Assembly: GCA_025061115.1 (NCBI GenBank)
Contig: JANZKC010000001.1
Coordinates: 192,001-256,000 of the forward strand
Source: Candidatus Culexmicrobium cathedralense
GTDB taxonomy: Archaea; Thermoproteota; Methanomethylicia; Culexarchaeales; Culexmicrobiaceae
Direction of reading: 5' to 3'
Length of the DNA stretch: 64,000 nt
A model generated the notes under the pieces. The model did no database searches, was not told where the DNA came from, and saw only the letters and a list, made by a program, of their open reading frames with translations. This document shows positions 29,929 through 39,007 of this stretch, one piece after another; the stretch's first letter is position 1, and each line of letters begins with the position of its first letter. The position numbers and the translations under genes were made by a program.

Positions 29929-31665
29929 ACGGGGAAAAAGCGGATTAATATAAAAAGCCTAACGATACCAGAATACGTAGAGCGATGGGCATTACTCGAC
30001 ATTCTAGGAGGATTGGCAGGAGTAATTGGTGGATTAGGAGCAATAATCTTTAGATTAATGATCGACGTAAACAGGCAAATCTTCTACACCCACATGCTAA
30101 AATACTTAACATTAAAAGTTAATGAATACAACATTGGATTAGCAATATTACCCCTAATAGGAGGACTTATAGTAGGACTAATTACAACAAAGTTCGCTCC
30201 AGAGGCAAAAGGACATGGCGTGCCAGAGGTAATGGAGGCAATATACCTTCGCGGAGGAAGCATTAGAAGTAGAGTAGCTTTAGCAAAGATAATCGCATCA
30301 TCAATAACCATAGGGTCAGGTGGAAGCGCTGGGAGAGAAGGACCCATAGCTCAAATAGGCGCAACAATGGGATCAATAATAGGAAAAATATTCAAATTTA
30401 CACCAAAGGAAAAGCGGCTTCTAGTTGTCTGCGGATTAGCTGCAGGAATAGCTGGGACATTCAATGCCCCACTTGGAGGAGCACTATTTGGAATGGAAGT
30501 GCTGTATAGAGGTGTAGAGCCATTCGACGCGATACCAATAATAATCGCAGTTGTAATAGGAACAGCTGTAGCCACATCCTACCTCGGAACGCAGCCAGCA
30601 TTTAGCACCGCAGGATTAACATTTCAAGAACCAATTGAACTTCTCTTCTACGCACTGCTAGGTATAATATTCGGATTCATAGCCGTACTATGGGTAAAGC
30701 TATTCTACCTCATTGAAAGAGCATTTGGCAAAGCAAAAATCTCGGAACCAATAAAGCCTGCAATAGGTGGACTATTAACAGGCCTAATAGGAGCAATGCT
30801 TTATCAGTATGGCATATTAGGCGTAGGATACAATGGAATAGAGGCAGCACTTGCAGGCAAACTGCCGGGAATGATGCTCCTATCCCTAGGAATCATAAAA
30901 ATGATTGCAACAAGCTTCACTGTAGGCTCTGGTGGAAGCGGAGGCATATTCGCGCCAACCCTATATATAGGATGCATGATTGGCGGCAGCATTGGACTTC
31001 TATTTAAGCAACTCGCCCCAACACTAATTTCACAGCCATTCACCTACTCATTAGCTGGGATGGCTGCACTTTTTGCAGGAGCAGCGCAAGCCCCACTAAC
31101 AGTTATGATAATGATCCCTGAAATGTCAAATAACTACACCCTACTTCTTCCACTAATGGTATCCAGCGCCCTAAGCTACTTCATTGCATGGACCTTCATG
31201 AAAGGCTCCTCAATATACACGCTAAAGCTAGAACAAAGAGGGGTGCACATAAAGGTTGGAAGACCTGAAATCCTAGACATGATAATGGTGAAGGAAGTGA
31301 TGAGTAAAAAGGTAATATCAGTAAAAGCAGATATGCCCGTTTCACTTCTAGAGCTAATGATATTCGAAACAGGTCACACTGGATTTCCAGTAGTAGAAAA
31401 TGGAGAGCTAGTGGGAATAGTTACGATAGAGGATGTAGGGAAAGTAAAGCCTGAGGAAAGAAATAAGGTAAAGGTTGGAGAAATAGCGACAAGAAAGCCG
31501 GTAGTAGCTTACCCGGAAGAAAATTTAAACTCAGTACTATCAAAAATGTATGAATATAAGGTTGGCAGGCTGCCGGTAGTAGACCCAAAAGACAGCACGA
31601 AGCTACTTGGAATAATATCAAAGACAGACATCCTAAGAGCATACAAGAAGTTCAAGGAAATATAG
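29929..31665 (+). CDS. ClC chloride/proton antiporter with CBS pair (ORF track start 30013; frame open to ACG 29929)
   Basis: GHGVPE, GSAGREGP, FNAPLGG, GGIFAP, Y selectivity residue, CBS domains. Confidence 0.92.
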   Translation, partial: TGKKRINIKSLTIPEYVERWALLDILGGLAGVIGGLGAIIFRLMIDVNRQIFYTHMLKYLTLKVNEYNIGLAILPLIGGLIVGLITTKFAPEAKGHGVPEVMEAIYLRGGSIRSRVALAKIIASSITIGSGGSAGREGPIAQIGATMGSIIGKIFKFTPKEKRLLVVCGLAAGIAGTFNAPLGGALFGMEVLYRGVEPFDAIPIIIAVVIGTAVATSYLGTQPAFSTAGLTFQEPIELLFYALLGIIFGFIAVLWVKLFYLIERAFGKAKISEPIKPAIGGLLTGLIGAMLYQYGILGVGYNGIEAALAGKLPGMMLLSLGIIKMIATSFTVGSGGSGGIFAPTLYIGCMIGGSIGLLFKQLAPTLISQPFTYSLAGMAALFAGAAQAPLTVMIMIPEMSNNYTLLLPLMVSSALSYFIAWTFMKGSSIYTLKLEQRGVHIKVGRPEILDMIMVKEVMSKKVISVKADMPVSLLELMIFETGHTGFPVVENGELVGIVTIEDVGKVKPEERNKVKVGEIATRKPVVAYPEENLNSVLSKMYEYKVGRLPVVDPKDSTKLLGIISKTDILRAYKKFKEI

Positions 31666-31673
31666 TCGGCAAC

Positions 31674-32978
31674 CTAGCGGGAGCGCTTAAAGCGGAAGCG
31701 CTTCAAAGAAATTCTGGCAGTCAATATTTTTTCTGTTGTAAAAAGCTTAGCAGCAACGTACATGACGATGATCGTTAAAATCACCATGTAAATTATGCCC
31801 CCCAAGATAGTTGCATAGTCGTCAAGTATCGCCGCTTTTGCAGCCAAAATCGGATGAGTGTATGGAATAGCGTAGAGAATAATTTGAAGAGGCATCGGCA
31901 GAGACTTAATGTCTATGAACATAAGTATGAATGACGGAATAAAAACGATTGTATATAGGTAACCAACAACTGCTTGAGCACTCCTCACATCTTCAGTAAA
32001 AGCAGCTACAGTGACAGCAAGAGCTAAGGCAGAAACAATGGCTATAAAAAGGGATGAACCTAAAAGGAGAAATCCAAGTGGAGTGAGCGTCAAACCTATG
32101 GACTCAGCGCTAGGCATGAGCTCGTAATTTGAAAAAACACCCATGGAGCTCATGTAGTGAGTGTAACCTATCATGTAGACTGAAGAGCCGATTGCAGCGA
32201 CGATAATCGAGCTTGTCAGCTTGCTCGCCAAAATAGTAAGCCTGTTAACTGGTAAGGATAATAGTGTTTCCAATGTTTTCTCCTCCTTCTCGATTGCAAT
32301 CGAAGTTGCAGCAATTTGCATTGCAAAAACGAGTATCATCATCACCGTAATTGGCATAGTCATTGACTGCGAAGTGATAATTCCAACAACCGCTTCAGGA
32401 GGAACATTAACCACTTCTCCCTTAATCACCGAAAGCTTAACTGCAGTTACGGGGTTCAACAACGAATCCGGATCTCTACCTGGAAAAGCCTTCCTAATAA
32501 CTTCATCAACCAAATAGTCATTGAATAATTCAACTATTGAGGCTGGGGTAGATGAAGTTCCGGCTTCAGCCATACTTAAAGTTTTAAAAACGGTGTACAA
32601 CTCTACCTTAGCCTTAAGTCCTTGAGTTACATTTTCAGTGAACCCTGAAGGTATAACCATTAAGACTGGAAAATCGATCTTTTGAATTTCAGCTATAGCT
32701 TCATTAATGTCAACTACGTCGAGAACTTTTACAGTAGCATTAGGATTAGCTTGAAGAGCGGAAATCAGCATTTCAGCCATTCTTCCGCCATCATAGTCCA
32801 AAACCGCAATTTTCGGCCTCAAAGCAGCCTCCTTAACCGTTGTGAAAGACAGTCGCATGGCATATCCCATAACCCCAAACATTATTATTGGCATGAAAAT
32901 CATGCCTATAATTATCTTCGGATCTCTAAGAAGCTCCTTAATTTCCTTTTCAAGGAGTATTTTAAAGGCTTTAGTCAA
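31674..32978 (-). CDS. ABC-2 exporter permease (NatB-like)
   Basis: KEIKELLRD, EKEEKTLETLLSLP, KL, IPYTH. Confidence 0.88.
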   Translation of the reverse strand: MTKAFKILLEKEIKELLRDPKIIIGMIFMPIIMFGVMGYAMRLSFTTVKEAALRPKIAVLDYDGGRMAEMLISALQANPNATVKVLDVVDINEAIAEIQKIDFPVLMVIPSGFTENVTQGLKAKVELYTVFKTLSMAEAGTSSTPASIVELFNDYLVDEVIRKAFPGRDPDSLLNPVTAVKLSVIKGEVVNVPPEAVVGIITSQSMTMPITVMMILVFAMQIAATSIAIEKEEKTLETLLSLPVNRLTILASKLTSSIIVAAIGSSVYMIGYTHYMSSMGVFSNYELMPSAESIGLTLTPLGFLLLGSSLFIAIVSALALAVTVAAFTEDVRSAQAVVGYLYTIVFIPSFILMFIDIKSLPMPLQIILYAIPYTHPILAAKAAILDDYATILGGIIYMVILTIIVMYVAAKLFTTEKILTARISLKRFRFKRSR

Positions 32979-33717
32979 GATTGGTCACCCTCGCAAAAAC
33001 CTCCTCCAAATTTGAAGCTTCATACTTCACCTTTAACTCACTTGGCTTACCCTCAACAAGCAATTTTCCACGATGAATCAACGAAACCCTATCGCAAAGA
33101 TATTCAACTTCAAGCATATTATGGCTTGACAGCAAAATTGTTGTGCCAAACTTCTTAGAATAATTCTTAATGATCCTCCTAACATGATAAGCGTGAAGAA
33201 CATCCAAGCCTGCAGTAGGCTCATCCAATATTGCGAGCCTAGGTCTAATCATGAGTGCTCTCGAAAGTAAGAGCCTACGCTTCATACCCTTACTGTAAGT
33301 TTTAATTTTATCCTTAAGCCTATCACCTAAACCTGATATCTCAGCGGCCTCATTAACCATCCTATCAACTTCATCCTTAGATTTAGCGTAAAAAGCAGCC
33401 ATAAACCTGAGATATTCCTCACCAGTCAAGTTCTTATATGCTCCAGCTTCTTCAGGTAAATAGCTAATCATTCCTCTAACTACATCAGCATCCTCAACAA
33501 CATCATGCCCAAAGACTTTAGCTGTGCCGGAAGTAGGCTTAATCAAAGTAGCAATAATCCGTAAAGTAGTAGTTTTGCCAGCACCATTAGGGCCAATTAA
33601 CCCAAAGATTTCTCCAGGATGAATATGGAATGAAATTTCATCTAGCGCTTTAATCCTACCATAGTACTTCACTAACTTTACTACTTCTACAGCGTATCCT
33701 GCCATTCCGCTCGCCAT
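32971..33717 (-). CDS. ABC exporter ATP-binding subunit (NatA-like)
   Basis: GPNGAGKTT, YSKGMKRR, LDEPTAGLD, SSH. Confidence 0.93.
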   Translation of the reverse strand: MASGMAGYAVEVVKLVKYYGRIKALDEISFHIHPGEIFGLIGPNGAGKTTTLRIIATLIKPTSGTAKVFGHDVVEDADVVRGMISYLPEEAGAYKNLTGEEYLRFMAAFYAKSKDEVDRMVNEAAEISGLGDRLKDKIKTYSKGMKRRLLLSRALMIRPRLAILDEPTAGLDVLHAYHVRRIIKNYSKKFGTTILLSSHNMLEVEYLCDRVSLIHRGKLLVEGKPSELKVKYEASNLEEVFARVTNLD

Positions 33718-33750
33718 ATTGCGGAATATATATTATAAATTTAAGCATTT

Positions 33751-34962
33751 CTATAAAGAATCTTCTATTAAAGGTCTAAAAGTCCATTCATTTAAATCAT
33801 TATACATTTGCTTAAGAATTCTAGACGACAAATCCATGGGAATAACTTGAAATAGCCTTGCAATATGCTTGCAAAACTGCTTTACAACGGAAACTCTTGC
33901 AAAGTCTGCGCAATTATGCATTAACAATTTATCCTCAACATCAACAATAATTATGTAATCCCTAACTCTAGCTCTAATCATTTCAGGCGATGCCTCCTCA
34001 ACCACGATTTCATCAATGCTTATTTTCGAAGCTCTCTTCAATCTCCGCTTATCCGTGAAAAGCTGTACAAGCTTACTTGGATCATCACTTGAGAGAATGG
34101 TGTAAACTCTCAACCCTCCCTTAACTGCAGGTGAAGGCACTAAAGCTCTCCCAGACTTGAACTGCTCTTCAACTCTCCTCTTAGCTTGAACTTGCTCAGG
34201 AGTTATAATACCCAGCATTTCGAGGACAATCAACGCCGATTCACATGCAAAACCGTGAAAATGATTGTTAAAGTAGCCATATACTACATCAACTTTTTCC
34301 GATACCTCCTTAACTCTGGGAACCCACTCACGTAATTCTTCAGGTTTATATCGGTAATAGTACCAGGGCCTCTTACCCCTCCCATGCCACCTTATATACG
34401 CAAAGTTAGCTGTAACCTCACATAGTGGAGGAAGTAGAGGCTCATCAACAATAACATAAGCAACATTATGCTTTCTGAGTAAATTAAAGGTTTCATCGTT
34501 AATCCAAGATGAATGCCTAAATTCAATTGCAAACATGAAATCTCTTGGAAGAATTTCAAGCAGCTCCTCAACTAATTCAAGATTACATTTCATTGATGGA
34601 GGAAGCTGAAAAAGGAGAGGCCCAAGCTTATTTGCCTTCTTAAGAGGCTGAATAAGGCTAAGAAAAAGCTCCAAGTCCCTCTCAATCCCAAGTTTAAGAT
34701 TCAACTCCTTTTTATGTGTAATTAATCTAGGAATTTTCGCTGCAAAAATGAAATTTTTAGGTGAACGCCTAACCCATGAACGAACAAGTTTCGGTGAAGG
34801 CAAACTATAGAATGTTGAGTCAATTTCAACGGTATTAAAAACTTTACAGTAATACTCAAACTTCCTACGTGGAGATGGATAGAAAACTCCAACCCAATCG
34901 GAGTAATCCCAACCTGAAGTTCCTATCCTAATTTTAGGCTCATCAAATCTCATAGCTACCAC
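33751..34962 (-). CDS. DUF72 (YecE-like TIM barrel) protein fused to C-terminal SWIM-like Zn finger domain
   Basis: IGTSGW, FNTVEIDSTFY, FQLPP, EFRH, YIRWHGR, YFNNH; C-terminal HNCADF-x-FCKH. Confidence 0.88.
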   Translation of the reverse strand: MVAMRFDEPKIRIGTSGWDYSDWVGVFYPSPRRKFEYYCKVFNTVEIDSTFYSLPSPKLVRSWVRRSPKNFIFAAKIPRLITHKKELNLKLGIERDLELFLSLIQPLKKANKLGPLLFQLPPSMKCNLELVEELLEILPRDFMFAIEFRHSSWINDETFNLLRKHNVAYVIVDEPLLPPLCEVTANFAYIRWHGRGKRPWYYYRYKPEELREWVPRVKEVSEKVDVVYGYFNNHFHGFACESALIVLEMLGIITPEQVQAKRRVEEQFKSGRALVPSPAVKGGLRVYTILSSDDPSKLVQLFTDKRRLKRASKISIDEIVVEEASPEMIRARVRDYIIIVDVEDKLLMHNCADFARVSVVKQFCKHIARLFQVIPMDLSSRILKQMYNDLNEWTFRPLIEDSL

Positions 34963-35024
34963 GCCATGCCAATGATTTATTAAGATAAAAGCTACTTAAA
35001 GTTGAAGCTACGGGGATGTAAAAA

Positions 35025-35675
35025 GTGGGGCTAGCGGAACTAATCGACGACATAAACAAAGTAAAAAGCAAAAGTAAAGTAAGAAACCTAGTTGAGAATA
35101 GAATAGCAGAATTCTTAGAAACAAATAAAGCAGATGACAACAGATGGTTTGAAGAACTAGCATTCTGCATTCTAACGGCAAATTCAAGCGCCATGAAAGG
35201 ATTGAAAGCAATAGAATTGTTAAAGGAGAGAAACCTCCTACTTCAAGGTTCACTTGAAGAATTGGAAAAAACTCTAAAAGAAGCAGGACATAGATATGCG
35301 AAAACAAGAGCAGAGTACATCATATCGGCAAGAAAGCTTGTTCCAGGACTAAAAAGGCAAATAACGTCAATTAGAGGAATAAACAATAAGAGGACGTGGC
35401 TTGCGCAAAACGTCATGGGCATAGGGATGAAAGAGGCAAGCCACTTTCTAAGAAATGTAGGTTACTTGGACGTAGCTATAATTGACAGGCACATAATAAA
35501 GATACTAATTAGCTACGACCTAATCGACAAAACGCTAAACAAAAGAACGCTAACCACACGAAGATATTTGAAGATCGAGAACTTAATTAAAAAAATAGCT
35601 AAAAAGGTAAACTTAAAGCCTGGAGTACTCGACTTATACTTATGGTATATGAGCACCGGAAAAGTGTTAAAGTAA
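35025..35675 (+). CDS. ogg: 8-oxoguanine DNA glycosylase/AP lyase (archaeal Ogg2)
   Basis: ELAFCILTANSSA, GIGMKEASHFLRNVG, AIIDRH, LDLYLWY, C-terminal GKVLK. Confidence 0.95.
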   Translation: MGLAELIDDINKVKSKSKVRNLVENRIAEFLETNKADDNRWFEELAFCILTANSSAMKGLKAIELLKERNLLLQGSLEELEKTLKEAGHRYAKTRAEYIISARKLVPGLKRQITSIRGINNKRTWLAQNVMGIGMKEASHFLRNVGYLDVAIIDRHIIKILISYDLIDKTLNKRTLTTRRYLKIENLIKKIAKKVNLKPGVLDLYLWYMSTGKVLK

Positions 35676-35706
35676 ATTAAAATAAAATGAATTGTTTTAG
35701 AAGCTG

Positions 35707-36672
35707 ATGAGAATGCAAATCCTCATAGGCGCAGGCGGATGGAGCTACTTCAAACTGCCAAAAATAATGGGCGACCCACTTTCATGGTATGCAAAGGCAT
35801 TTAATGTCGTTGAAGTAAACAGCACTTTTTATGAAATTCCATCAATAAAGCTAGCTGAAAGCTGGAGGAAAAGAGCGCCAAGCAACTTTGAATTCACAGT
35901 AAAATGCCATAAATCATTAACCCACGATTTCAAGCTTGAGCTTACTAATGAAGCTAAAAAAACTTTAACACAAATGATAGAATTATGTAAAACACTAAAA
36001 AGCAAAGTACTCTTAATACAGACACCCTCTAGCGTTAAACCTTCAAGAAAAAATCTCGAGAAAGCACTCAAAATAGCTGAAATTGCAAGCACGGAAAACA
36101 TCGAAGTTGCGTGGGAACCTAGAGGAGAAGAGTGGAGATCAAGTGAAGCTAAAGAATTGATGAAGGAATTCGTAGAGAAAAGCAATGGAGCACATTGCGT
36201 AGACATATCCAAAAACGAGCCAGCAGCAGTAAGCCACTTCATCTACACCAGGCTATTCGGCAAGGGTAAACACAACATCTATCAATTTTCAAGCAATGAA
36301 ATTGCAGAAATATACAGTAAAATAATTGGATTAAGTGAAAAAGCGGAGAGAGCATACGTTATAGCGCACACCAAGAAAATGTACATTGATGCTGCAAGAA
36401 TAAAAAGATACGTTGAAACTGGAAAAATACCACCGGCAACACGAAACATTGGAGTGGAAGCAGTAAAGGAAGTGCTAGCAGAGGATGCGAAGTTTCCAAT
36501 AACTAGAGATGAATTAATTAAAGTTCAAGGCTGGAAAGTAATAACTTGGATAAACTTTAAAGATATCAAATTAGCTAAAATTTTGGAGAAAATCCCCAAT
36601 AAAAAGTATTGGAGTATAGATGAAGTCTGCAAAGAAATTAATAAAATTGCAATTAAATTCAAATATATTTAA
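35707..36672 (+). CDS. Second DUF72 protein with C-terminal DUF2795-like helical domain
   Basis: IGAGGW, FNVVEVNSTFY, FEFTVK, LIQTP, WEPRG, YTRLFG; tail FPITRDELI...KYWSIDEV. Confidence 0.8.
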   Translation: MRMQILIGAGGWSYFKLPKIMGDPLSWYAKAFNVVEVNSTFYEIPSIKLAESWRKRAPSNFEFTVKCHKSLTHDFKLELTNEAKKTLTQMIELCKTLKSKVLLIQTPSSVKPSRKNLEKALKIAEIASTENIEVAWEPRGEEWRSSEAKELMKEFVEKSNGAHCVDISKNEPAAVSHFIYTRLFGKGKHNIYQFSSNEIAEIYSKIIGLSEKAERAYVIAHTKKMYIDAARIKRYVETGKIPPATRNIGVEAVKEVLAEDAKFPITRDELIKVQGWKVITWINFKDIKLAKILEKIPNKKYWSIDEVCKEINKIAIKFKYI

Positions 36673-36677
36673 TCAGC

Positions 36678-37712
36678 CTACTTAAGCCACTTAAATAGCT
36701 CGCGCTGCATGCGACTATTCCGGATATTTCTAAATGCCAATTTAAGCCTATCCAACGCTCTCTCAACTCTTTTAATATTAAACTGCCTTGAAATGAGGAA
36801 ACATTTTATTTCATCTATTTTAGGCTCATTAAAAGAGACTTTATATCGATCAGTTACCGGCGGATTCATGAAAAAGCTTCTTATAGCTTCAATATCGAAA
36901 TCAACTTCAACATTTAATGCTCTAACCACCTTCTCCGCAGATCCATACAACCTTATTAATTTTAGAGCTTTTTTAGGGCCTATACCCCTAACTCCATCAT
37001 TATAATCAGTACCAATAAGTATTGCAATGTCAATTAATTGTCGGCGAGTTAATTTAAGTTTATTGAGCGACTCCTCCAACGATATTAATTCTGGCCACAA
37101 CTTCTTGAACACCCCCTTCTTTGGATAGAATTGCCTACTTTCAACAGCCAAATTTCTCACAAGTACTGGTGCTCCAAAGAGAATCGAGTCATAATCTTGC
37201 GATGCAGATGCATATACATCACCCTTCATCGCCATGTAGGCAGCTTGTGCCTCCCCCTCCGATGGAGCTTGAACCCATGGAATGCCCATTAGATCAAGCA
37301 AGTATTTTGATTCCCTAATAATTTCACTTGTAACACGTGCAGTCATCACCGACTTCTTAAAAGCCTTTGCAATGTCTCCTTCACGAAGAGCCTCAATCCA
37401 CTCTCTAGCAAATCTCTCCCTAATCTTCCTCCGCTCAATGACCTCCTTCATTTTAAATTTTGGAGGAGGCCCATCAAAGACGTAGATTGGAAGAATTCCC
37501 TTTTCAAGTAAACTTATAGTTCTATAAAAAAGGCCTACGAGATGTGAAGTCACTCTTCCTTCAGAATCGGTTAGCGGAACACCGGTTGGAAGTCTAATAA
37601 TAGATAAAAATTGATATAGGGCATTTAAAGCGTCAATTGCAATTGTTCTCCCAGCCAGCTGCCTCAAGCTTATTCTCTTTTTAGCTAACATTGAACCTAT
37701 ATTTGCGCTCAA
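36678..37712 (-). CDS. fen: Flap endonuclease-1 family nuclease (divergent, possibly a paralog)
   Basis: AIDALNALYQFLSIIR, YVFDG, APSEGEAQAA, SQDYDS, GTDYN, GIGPKKAL, PIP box QRELFKW; probable TTG start 37712 after GAGTGA. Confidence 0.9.
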   Translation of the reverse strand: MSANIGSMLAKKRISLRQLAGRTIAIDALNALYQFLSIIRLPTGVPLTDSEGRVTSHLVGLFYRTISLLEKGILPIYVFDGPPPKFKMKEVIERRKIRERFAREWIEALREGDIAKAFKKSVMTARVTSEIIRESKYLLDLMGIPWVQAPSEGEAQAAYMAMKGDVYASASQDYDSILFGAPVLVRNLAVESRQFYPKKGVFKKLWPELISLEESLNKLKLTRRQLIDIAILIGTDYNDGVRGIGPKKALKLIRLYGSAEKVVRALNVEVDFDIEAIRSFFMNPPVTDRYKVSFNEPKIDEIKCFLISRQFNIKRVERALDRLKLAFRNIRNSRMQRELFKWLK

Positions 37713-37973
37713 TTCACTCAAGTATTCATTACAGGCACTATTATAACTTTGGATGCAGCAAGTAAAAAATACAAAAAAGCTGAAAATACTCTTTTTAAAC
37801 ATATAAAAATAAATTACAAAAGAAATATTAATTTAGATGTTTAATATAAAAAAGGGCGTGAAGAATCGTGTTAAGGCAAATTAAATTTACATATCTGATT
37901 AAAAATTCGAAGCATAACGCTATTATTAGTGGTATGAACATATAAATTCACAACCATTATCACGGTGGAATAA

Positions 37974-38693
37974 ATGTCAAGCAGGTTCGATAGCCTCAAA
38001 TTAAGAATAATGGCCGTAGAGAGGCTTAGACTAATAAAGAAAACTTACCCATACAGCAAACTCGCAAAGTACACTGGACTCCCAGAAGCAGTATTATGCA
38101 GGTATGTTAGGGGGTCAGTTTTACCAAGCGAAGAGACAGCAATGAAGCTTTGGAAAGCCCTGGAAAAACTTGCAAGCCTACCTTCATTAATTAAAAAAAG
38201 GCTTCGCTTCACACCTGACGGATACATAGACATTACAGGAGTAATTTTTGATCCATACATATTATCTCACACTGCACAGCACGTATGCATGAAGTTTGCC
38301 GGTAGGAGAATAACTAAAGTTATAACTGCAGCCATAGATGGAATACCACTTGCATCAGTTATAGCCACTACCCTCGAAGTCCCTATAGTCGTAGCTAAGA
38401 GAAGCAAGGATGTTGGCGTAAGAGACTTCATAGAAGAGTCATACCCGACGGAAAGTCCAGCTGAGCTGAGGACCCTATATATACCTAAAGGCGCCATAAG
38501 GTCAACTGATGGAGTTTTAGTAGTTGATGACATAGTTAGAACTGGAAAAACCCTCAGGGCACTGACAAGGTTAGTTAAAAAGGCTAAAGGAAAACTTGAA
38601 GGAATATTTGTGCTTATGGCTATAGGCGATGATTGGATGAGGAAAGTCAATGTAAACTGCCCAATTGAAATTGCAGTTACAATCGAAAAATGA
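37974..38693 (+). CDS. HTH plus purine phosphoribosyltransferase-domain protein
   Basis: N-terminal HTH (LAKYTGLPEAVLCRYVRG); PRPP motif VLVVDDIVRTGKT. Confidence 0.88.
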   Translation: MSSRFDSLKLRIMAVERLRLIKKTYPYSKLAKYTGLPEAVLCRYVRGSVLPSEETAMKLWKALEKLASLPSLIKKRLRFTPDGYIDITGVIFDPYILSHTAQHVCMKFAGRRITKVITAAIDGIPLASVIATTLEVPIVVAKRSKDVGVRDFIEESYPTESPAELRTLYIPKGAIRSTDGVLVVDDIVRTGKTLRALTRLVKKAKGKLEGIFVLMAIGDDWMRKVNVNCPIEIAVTIEK

Positions 38694-38737
38694 AAACTCA
38701 TTAGCGCATGCAAAATATGGATTAAAATTGAAAAGTA

Positions 38738-39007
38738 GTGTACAATATGAAAAGAAGAAAAGGATATCCTAAGGATTCCGACATAAGAAGCGCAATATAC
38801 AAAGCATATAAGGAAGGGCTAGTTTGGCGTCCCGAAAAATTATGTGAAACAGTAATTCAAATACTAGAAAATCAAGAGCTAGACATCAGATACATTACTG
38901 AAAAAAGAATTTGGAGAAATTACGAGCGAATGGTCAGAAAAGGATGGATGCGCGATTGGCTAGGAGTTGTAATTGGCGAAAAGTCTAAAAGGAGAGAGTT
39001 GAAATGA
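38738..39007 (+). CDS. Small basic hypothetical protein (winged-helix-like)
   Basis: 89 aa; YPKDSDIRSAI...EKRIWRNYERMVRKG. Confidence 0.55.
   Translation: MYNMKRRKGYPKDSDIRSAIYKAYKEGLVWRPEKLCETVIQILENQELDIRYITEKRIWRNYERMVRKGWMRDWLGVVIGEKSKRRELK

Noticed and set aside
29828-29930. Fluoride riboswitch upstream of ClC
   Set aside because: No GGCGATGG...CTGATG consensus; the protein has the Cl-type GREGP, not the fluoride-type GREGT
37713-37802. N-terminal extension of FEN-1 in the ORF track
   Set aside because: AT-rich, non-homologous sequence; a better RBS and TTG lie at 37712
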